From Dehalococcoidia bacterium (lineage in GTDB: Bacteria > Chloroflexota > Dehalococcoidia > Lucifugimonadales > VXLM01): a stretch of DNA of 20,000 bases. The stretch lies in contig OY759598.1 of assembly GCA_963662435.1 (NCBI GenBank), positions 3,859,923 to 3,879,922 of the forward strand, in the 5' to 3' direction. The notes under the pieces were generated by a model, which had not been told where the DNA came from, did not search any database, and worked only from the letters and a program-made list of their open reading frames with translations. Position numbers and translations under genes: made by a program. Positions 15,010 to 20,000 of the stretch are shown in pieces; position 1 is the first letter of the stretch, and each line of letters starts with the position of its first letter.

Positions 15010-17244
15010 ATGGCCCCTAGCAAAGAGACACTGGATGCCCTCGCCATCTCGGACGGTGAATACGAGGCCATAGTCGAACGACTGGGCCGCGAACCGAACG
15101 AGTTGGAGCTTGGACTCTTCGGTTCGCTCTGGAGCGAGCACTGCGCTTACAAGCACTCGAAGCCCCTCCTCCGAACGCTGCCCAACACCAGCCCGCGGAT
15201 GCTAGTCGCCCCCGGACAGGAGAACGCGGGCGCGGTCGACATCGGCAACGGCCTCGCCGTCGTGATGAAGATCGAGTCGCACAATCACCCCTCGGCCATC
15301 GAGCCCTATGAAGGCGCAGCGACCGGTGTCGGCGGGATCGTCAGGGACATCTTCGCAATGGGCGCCCGTCCGATCGCACTGATGAACTCCCTCCGGTTCG
15401 GACGTCCCAACACCGCGCGGAACCGCTATCTTTTTGGAGGAGTCGTTGCAGGCATCTCGGAGTACGGCAACTGCATCGGCATTCCCAACGTAGGCGGCGA
15501 GGTCGTCTTCTCCGATTCCTACGCCGACAACCCTCTCGTCAACGCGATGTGCGTGGGCGTTGTGCAGTCGGACAGCATGATGAGCGCGACGACGGCCGGC
15601 CCGGGCAATCTGCTCATGCTGGTCGGCGCAGACACCGGACGAGACGGCATTCACGGCGCGTCCGGCCTCGCGTCGCGCAGCTTCGAGGAAGAACGCGAGC
15701 TCCGCCCAGCCGTTCAGGTGGGCAACCCGTTCCTGGAGAAGGTCCTAATCGAGGCGTGCTTGGAACTCGCCGACTCCGGATACCTCGTCGGCCTGCAGGA
15801 CCTTGGCGCGGCCGGACTTTCGACCGCCTCAATTGAGACGGCGGGTAAGGGCGAAACGGGCATCCGCATCGATGTGTCGCAGGTGGCCAGACGGGAATCG
15901 GGCATGACCCCTTACGAGGTAATGCTCTCGGAGAGCCAGGAGCGCATGCTCGTCATCGTGCCCCCTGAGCACGAAGGCGAGGTCATCAAGATACTGGAAA
16001 AGTGGGACCTTCACGTCACCGTCGTCGGCGAGTCAACCGAAGATGGCGATGTGTGCATCCAGGATAACGGTCGTGAGCATGGACGGCTGCCCGTCGGTCT
16101 GCTAATCGACGCGCCAACGTACCGGCTCACCGGCAAGAAACCCCAGTGGCTGACGGACGCGCAGGATTTCGACCTCAACCAGGTCCCTATGCCGGAAGAA
16201 TCGCCCGCCGACATCCTCCTACGCCTTCTCGCATCACCGAATATCGCTTCCAAGCTGTCGGTATACCGCCAGTACGACCACCAGGTCCAGACCAACACGG
16301 TAATTGCTCCGGGCGGGGACGCCGCGTTGCTGCGGGTAAAGGGCACCAGCACTGGCATCGCCCTCGCCACTGACGGAAACGGGCGGAAGTGCTACCTCGA
16401 CCCGTATGTCGGCGGGATGATCGCCGTCGCGGAGGCTTGCCGCAACGTCTCCACCGTCGGCGCGACACCGATTGCGCTGACCGACTGCCTCAACTTTGGC
16501 AACCCGGAGAAGCCGGAGGTCTACTACCAGCTTGAGGAATGCGTGAAGGGGATGTCCGCGGCAAGCTCTGCCTTCGCCGCGCCCGTGATCAGCGGCAACG
16601 TCAGCCTCTACAATGAATCGCGCGGACGCGACATCTACCCGACTCCCATAATAGGGGCCCTCGGCCTGCTCGACGACGTAACCGCCCACGCGACCATGGC
16701 CTTCAAGAACGAGGGCGATGTCGTCGTCCTGCTAGGCTCCAAGGAGGTGCGCGGAGACGCTGCCTCCCTCGCCGGAAGCGAGTACCTTGAATTAGTCCAC
16801 GACAAGGTCGCCGGCCGCCCAACCATCGACCTGGACCTCGAAGCCGCCGTCCAGCGAGTGTGCCGACGAGCCGTCTCCGAAGGCATCGTCAACTCCGCAC
16901 ATGACTGCTCAGACGGTGGCCTTGCCGTCGCCCTCGCCGAGAGCTGCATAGCAGGCAACATCGGGTTCACCGGCTCGTTCGCCATGCACGGACGATGGGA
17001 CGCCGCCCTCTTCGGCGAGACCGAGTCACGCATCGTCGTCTCCTTCCCCGAAGATAGGCTCATACGATTGGTAGAGCTATGCTCCGAGGAGGGAGTGCCC
17101 TCCGTCGTGCTAGGAAGGGTAGGGGGAAGCAGACTCTCATTGGTGAGCGGCATCGATTTTGAACTCGACGAGGTAGACGACGCATGGAGCGGCGGGCTGG
17201 AGAGGGCTGTGGGAGGAGAGGAGTCGCTGGGGACGCGGTTGTAA
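15010..17244 (+). CDS. purL: Phosphoribosylformylglycinamidine synthase subunit PurL (small type)
   Basis: WSEHCAYKHS, KIESHNHPS, GAATGVGGIVRD, TGRDGIHGA, QDLGAAG, MLSESQERM, DCLNFGNP, SGNVSLYN, HDCSDGG. Confidence 0.98.
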   Translation: MAPSKETLDALAISDGEYEAIVERLGREPNELELGLFGSLWSEHCAYKHSKPLLRTLPNTSPRMLVAPGQENAGAVDIGNGLAVVMKIESHNHPSAIEPYEGAATGVGGIVRDIFAMGARPIALMNSLRFGRPNTARNRYLFGGVVAGISEYGNCIGIPNVGGEVVFSDSYADNPLVNAMCVGVVQSDSMMSATTAGPGNLLMLVGADTGRDGIHGASGLASRSFEEERELRPAVQVGNPFLEKVLIEACLELADSGYLVGLQDLGAAGLSTASIETAGKGETGIRIDVSQVARRESGMTPYEVMLSESQERMLVIVPPEHEGEVIKILEKWDLHVTVVGESTEDGDVCIQDNGREHGRLPVGLLIDAPTYRLTGKKPQWLTDAQDFDLNQVPMPEESPADILLRLLASPNIASKLSVYRQYDHQVQTNTVIAPGGDAALLRVKGTSTGIALATDGNGRKCYLDPYVGGMIAVAEACRNVSTVGATPIALTDCLNFGNPEKPEVYYQLEECVKGMSAASSAFAAPVISGNVSLYNESRGRDIYPTPIIGALGLLDDVTAHATMAFKNEGDVVVLLGSKEVRGDAASLAGSEYLELVHDKVAGRPTIDLDLEAAVQRVCRRAVSEGIVNSAHDCSDGGLAVALAESCIAGNIGFTGSFAMHGRWDAALFGETESRIVVSFPEDRLIRLVELCSEEGVPSVVLGRVGGSRLSLVSGIDFELDEVDDAWSGGLERAVGGEESLGTRL

Positions 17245-17320
17245 GGTCAGAGCGAGCATGACCGCTGCGTTTGTCATTCGGATGACCGAATTGGAAGCAC
17301 GCTTCAAAACACCCCCCAAT

Positions 17321-17350
17321 TTGACACCCCCGTAGCTGGAGTGCTACGCT
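17321..17350 (+). promoter_or_regulatory. Sigma70-type promoter of the FmdB-family gene
   Basis: TTGACA-N18-TACGCT with TG extension. Confidence 0.7.
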
Positions 17351-17360
17351 GAGTCGAGTG

Positions 17361-17387
17361 TTAGCAGCCGCTCAAATGGGCTGCTAA
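17361..17387. promoter_or_regulatory. CIRCE-like HrcA operator
   Basis: TTAGCAGCC-N9-GGCTGCTAA perfect inverted repeat with 9-9-9 geometry; 7/9 match per arm to TTAGCACTC-N9-GAGTGCTAA; just downstream of the -10 box. Confidence 0.75.
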
Positions 17388-17412
17388 CTTTCCGTGAGAG
17401 ATGGAGGTGTTC

Positions 17413-17739
17413 ATGCCCAGGTACGACTACCGCTGTACGGGTTGCGGGCATGAGTTCGAGATCAAGCAGAGTTTCTCCGACGAGCCGGTTGCCCACTGTC
17501 CCCAGTGCGGCGTCGAGTCTCGTCGCGTAATCCACTCTGTCCCTGTCGTCTTCAAGGGCAGCGGGTTCTACGTCAACGACTACGGCAAGGGCGGAGGCTC
17601 CAACGGGAGGTCGAAGCCCGAGTCCGATGAGTCGTCCGACTCTGACTCCGATTCCAAGTCCGACTCGAAGTCGAAGGAATCGAAGGACTCCAAGAAGTCC
17701 GAGTCCGCCAAGGACAAGGAACCGGCCTCCACCACCTAG
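17413..17739 (+). CDS. FmdB-family zinc-ribbon protein with disordered Ser/Asp/Lys tail (Rv0991c/Ruc-like)
   Basis: MP.YDYRC..CGH.FE..Q.FSD.P...CP.CG...RRVI....VVFKGSGFYVND; SD GGAGGT at 17403-17408 supports ATG 17413. Confidence 0.9.
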   Translation: MPRYDYRCTGCGHEFEIKQSFSDEPVAHCPQCGVESRRVIHSVPVVFKGSGFYVNDYGKGGGSNGRSKPESDESSDSDSDSKSDSKSKESKDSKKSESAKDKEPASTT

Positions 17740-17755
17740 GAACTATCTCAAGACA

Positions 17756-17781
17756 CGTTCGACCTGAGCCTGTCGAAGGGC
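17756..17781 (+). repeat. Dispersed palindromic intergenic repeat, copy 2
   Basis: CGTTCGACCTGAGCCTGTCGAAGGGC; TTCGAC...GTCGAA stem; related to 6614-6639. Confidence 0.65.
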
Positions 17782-17836
17782 AGTTGGGCGCAGATGATGG
17801 TAGTTTTGAGGATTCCTTTACAGGGGCAGCATCCCA

Positions 17837-18301
17837 TTGAAGGCGTTGGTGCAGAGGGTCTCCGAGGCGTCCGTCACCGTCGATGAGGAGACCGTCGGCA
17901 AGATCGGGCCGGGGTTCGTTGTTCTTGTCGGAGTTTCACGCGACGACACCGAGGCCGACGCGGACTACATCGTCAATAAGGTCGTCAACCTCCGCGTGTT
18001 CGCCGACGAAGACGGCAAGTTCAACCACTCGGCCATGGACGTTGGAGCCGACCTTCTCCTGATCAGCCAGTTCACCCTGCACGCCGACACCCGCAAGGGC
18101 CGCCGTCCGAGCTTCATTCACGCCGCGGGACCCGACCTCGCCGAGTCGCTGTTCGACCAGACCGTCGGCAAGTTTCGCGAGACAGGCCTCCGAGTCGAAA
18201 CGGGCGTCTTCCAGGCGTACATGATGGTCTCGCTGACCAACGACGGCCCGGTCACCATCATGATTGACTCCGCCGACAAGGAACGCCCCCGCAGGGGCTA
18301 G
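17837..18301 (+). CDS. dtd: D-aminoacyl-tRNA deacylase
   Basis: MKALVQRV..ASV, LRVF.D..GK, SQFTL, GRRPSF, NDGPVT motifs; TTG start. Confidence 0.97.
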   Translation: MKALVQRVSEASVTVDEETVGKIGPGFVVLVGVSRDDTEADADYIVNKVVNLRVFADEDGKFNHSAMDVGADLLLISQFTLHADTRKGRRPSFIHAAGPDLAESLFDQTVGKFRETGLRVETGVFQAYMMVSLTNDGPVTIMIDSADKERPRRG

Positions 18302-18310
18302 CGCCCTCGT

Positions 18311-19228
18311 TTACCCCATGTCCAGCAGTTCGAGGCTGATGTCGAGCCCCGTGACCGAGTGAGTCAGCGCCCCCACGGATATCCTGTCCACTCCCGTCGC
18401 GGCAACCTCACGGACGTTTTCCAGCGTGATGCCTCCCGACGCCTCCGTGAGCGCGCGACCGTCGACGACCTTGACCGCCTCCGCCATCTCGGTAGGGGAC
18501 ATGTTGTCCAGCATGACGATGTCCGCCCCGGCCGCGGCGGCCTCCTCTACTTGTTCGAGCGTTTCGACCTCGATCTCGATCTCCCATGCGCTAGGGACAG
18601 TATCCCTTGTTCGGCGCACGACATCGCCAAGGGACAGCTCATTCAAGCGCCCGGCGGCGAGATGATTGTCCTTGATGAGCACCCCGTCGGACAGATCGCG
18701 CCTGTGGTTCGTGCCGCCACCGACGGAAACGGCGTACTTTTGCAGGTCGCGCAAACCAGGAGCAGTCTTTCGGGTATCGAGAATGACCGCGCCATAGCCA
18801 GCCACCTCTCGCACGTACCGGCTGGTCTCCGTGGCGATTCCGCTCAGGTGCTGCAGGAAGTTGAGGGCGACCCGCTCACCCTTCAGGATCGATGCCACGC
18901 TGCCTGAGAGCTTGGCAATTGTGTTGCCGTCTTGAGAGGTGTCGGCAGCTGTCAAACGCGCCCCATCGGTGAGAATGGCATCAAATTGCAGTGACCCGTC
19001 TACGGCGCGGAAGACCGACTCGGCAACCTCGATCCCGGCCAGAACGCCGTCAGCCTTGGCGATGATACGTGCTGTGCCCTGCAGATCGGAGGGGACGAGC
19101 GTCCCAGTGGTGATGTCGTCAGCAGCACGGTCTTCGATGAGCGCCCGGCGCACGACCTCGTCGATCTCGGCTTGGGAGATGTCCATCGTGACGGGCTTTC
19201 GGCGGGCTCGGAAGGTAGGCCGCGTCAA
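18311..19228 (-). CDS. nadC: Nicotinate-nucleotide pyrophosphorylase (quinolinate phosphoribosyltransferase)
   Basis: AL.ED....DITT, ERVALNFLQ.LSGIAT, DTRKT.PGLR, NHR..LSD.VLIKDNH, MLDN, EASGGI, ISVGALTHS. Start may be ATG 19186. Confidence 0.97.
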   Translation of the reverse strand: MTRPTFRARRKPVTMDISQAEIDEVVRRALIEDRAADDITTGTLVPSDLQGTARIIAKADGVLAGIEVAESVFRAVDGSLQFDAILTDGARLTAADTSQDGNTIAKLSGSVASILKGERVALNFLQHLSGIATETSRYVREVAGYGAVILDTRKTAPGLRDLQKYAVSVGGGTNHRRDLSDGVLIKDNHLAAGRLNELSLGDVVRRTRDTVPSAWEIEIEVETLEQVEEAAAAGADIVMLDNMSPTEMAEAVKVVDGRALTEASGGITLENVREVAATGVDRISVGALTHSVTGLDISLELLDMG

Positions 19229-20000
19229 ACGACCTGCAGCATCCGGTCGAGGGCGACCTTCGCGTCCCGCTTTGTATCGTCGTCAACGGTGATCTCGTTT
19301 ACGACCACGCCCTCGTTCAGCCCGTCCAGCACCCACGAGAGGTAAGCCGGGTGTATCCGGTACATCGTGGAGCAGGGACAGACTACCGAGTCGAGGCAGA
19401 AGATATTCTTGTCGGGGTTCTCCTGCGCGACGCGGTTGACGAGACTAATCTCCGTCCCAACCGCCCAGGTCGTCCCGCTCGGCGCCTCTTCAATGGTCTT
19501 GATGATCGTCTCGGTCGAGCCGTTGGCGTCCGCCGCCTGGACGACCTCCATGTAGCACTCCGGGTGCACGATGACGTTCACGTCCGGGTACTGTCGTCTC
19601 GCCTCCTCGATCTGCTTCACGGAGAACCGTGTGTGAACCGAGCAGTGACCCTGCCACAGGACGACCTTCGCCTTGGCGATATCCTCCTCGGAGTTGCCTC
19701 CCAGGGGCTTGAACGGATTCCAGATGATCATCTCGTCGAGACCGATGCCGAACTTCACCGCCGTATTTCTGCCAAGGTGCTGGTCGGGGAGGAACAGTAT
19801 CTTGTCGCCCCTTCCGAGCGCCCACTCGAATGTCGCGGCGGCGTTCGACGAGGTGCACACTATCCCGCCCTCTCGACCGCACAGCGCCTTGATGGCAGCG
19901 GTGGAGTTCATATACGTGATGGGCACCGTCGTGCTGTTCGGAAGTGCGTCGCTCAGGTCGTCCCAGCAATCGAGCACGTCGTCGATGTGCGCCATGTCCG
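19225..20000 (-). CDS. nadA: Quinolinate synthase (partial, 5' end beyond the window)
   Basis: TYMNS.A.IKA, VCTSSNA, FLPDQHLGRN, WQGHCSVH, VHPEC, VGTE, CPCSTMYRI; frame remains open to the right edge. Confidence 0.96.
   Translation of the reverse strand, partial: DMAHIDDVLDCWDDLSDALPNSTTVPITYMNSTAAIKALCGREGGIVCTSSNAAATFEWALGRGDKILFLPDQHLGRNTAVKFGIGLDEMIIWNPFKPLGGNSEEDIAKAKVVLWQGHCSVHTRFSVKQIEEARRQYPDVNVIVHPECYMEVVQAADANGSTETIIKTIEEAPSGTTWAVGTEISLVNRVAQENPDKNIFCLDSVVCPCSTMYRIHPAYLSWVLDGLNEGVVVNEITVDDDTKRDAKVALDRMLQVV

Noticed and set aside
17273..17291. Overlapping alternative mini-hairpins after purL (GTCAT/ATGAC and ATTCGG/CCGAAT)
   Set aside because: Stems of only 5-6 bp with no supporting context.
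1..20000. CRISPR array, tRNA/rRNA, integrase or transposase genes
   Set aside because: No regularly spaced repeats, cloverleaf/T-loop motifs or recombinase/transposase ORFs were seen.

Overview
GC-rich bacterial chromosomal window with no CRISPR array, rRNA, tRNA or transposase found. Gene content and protein signatures suggest Chloroflexota, possibly Dehalococcoidia/SAR202-like (inference only). Left to right: a partial sarcosine-oxidase-alpha-family flavoprotein gene and soxD; a hicB antitoxin with an unannotated hicA toxin frame that lacks a start codon; a stand-alone cytochrome c lipoprotein; REP-type palindromes; an unknown repeat-containing lipoprotein; lspA-rluD; a Zn-type ABC importer with a Fur/Zur-family regulator; an unannotated 55-aa CxxC small protein with its own near-consensus promoter and SD; DUF3054-gltX-yqeY; purQ, two half-size EamA genes and purL (no purS); an FmdB/Ruc-like zinc-ribbon gene behind a CIRCE-like operator; dtd; nadC and partial nadA. 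The best candidate for something undescribed is the metal-homeostasis locus at about 6.7-12.7 kb. It combines the CxxC small ORF, a zur-like regulator, a solute-binding protein with a duplicated helical His/Glu insert, and a cysteine-free GluRS lacking its zinc-binding segment.
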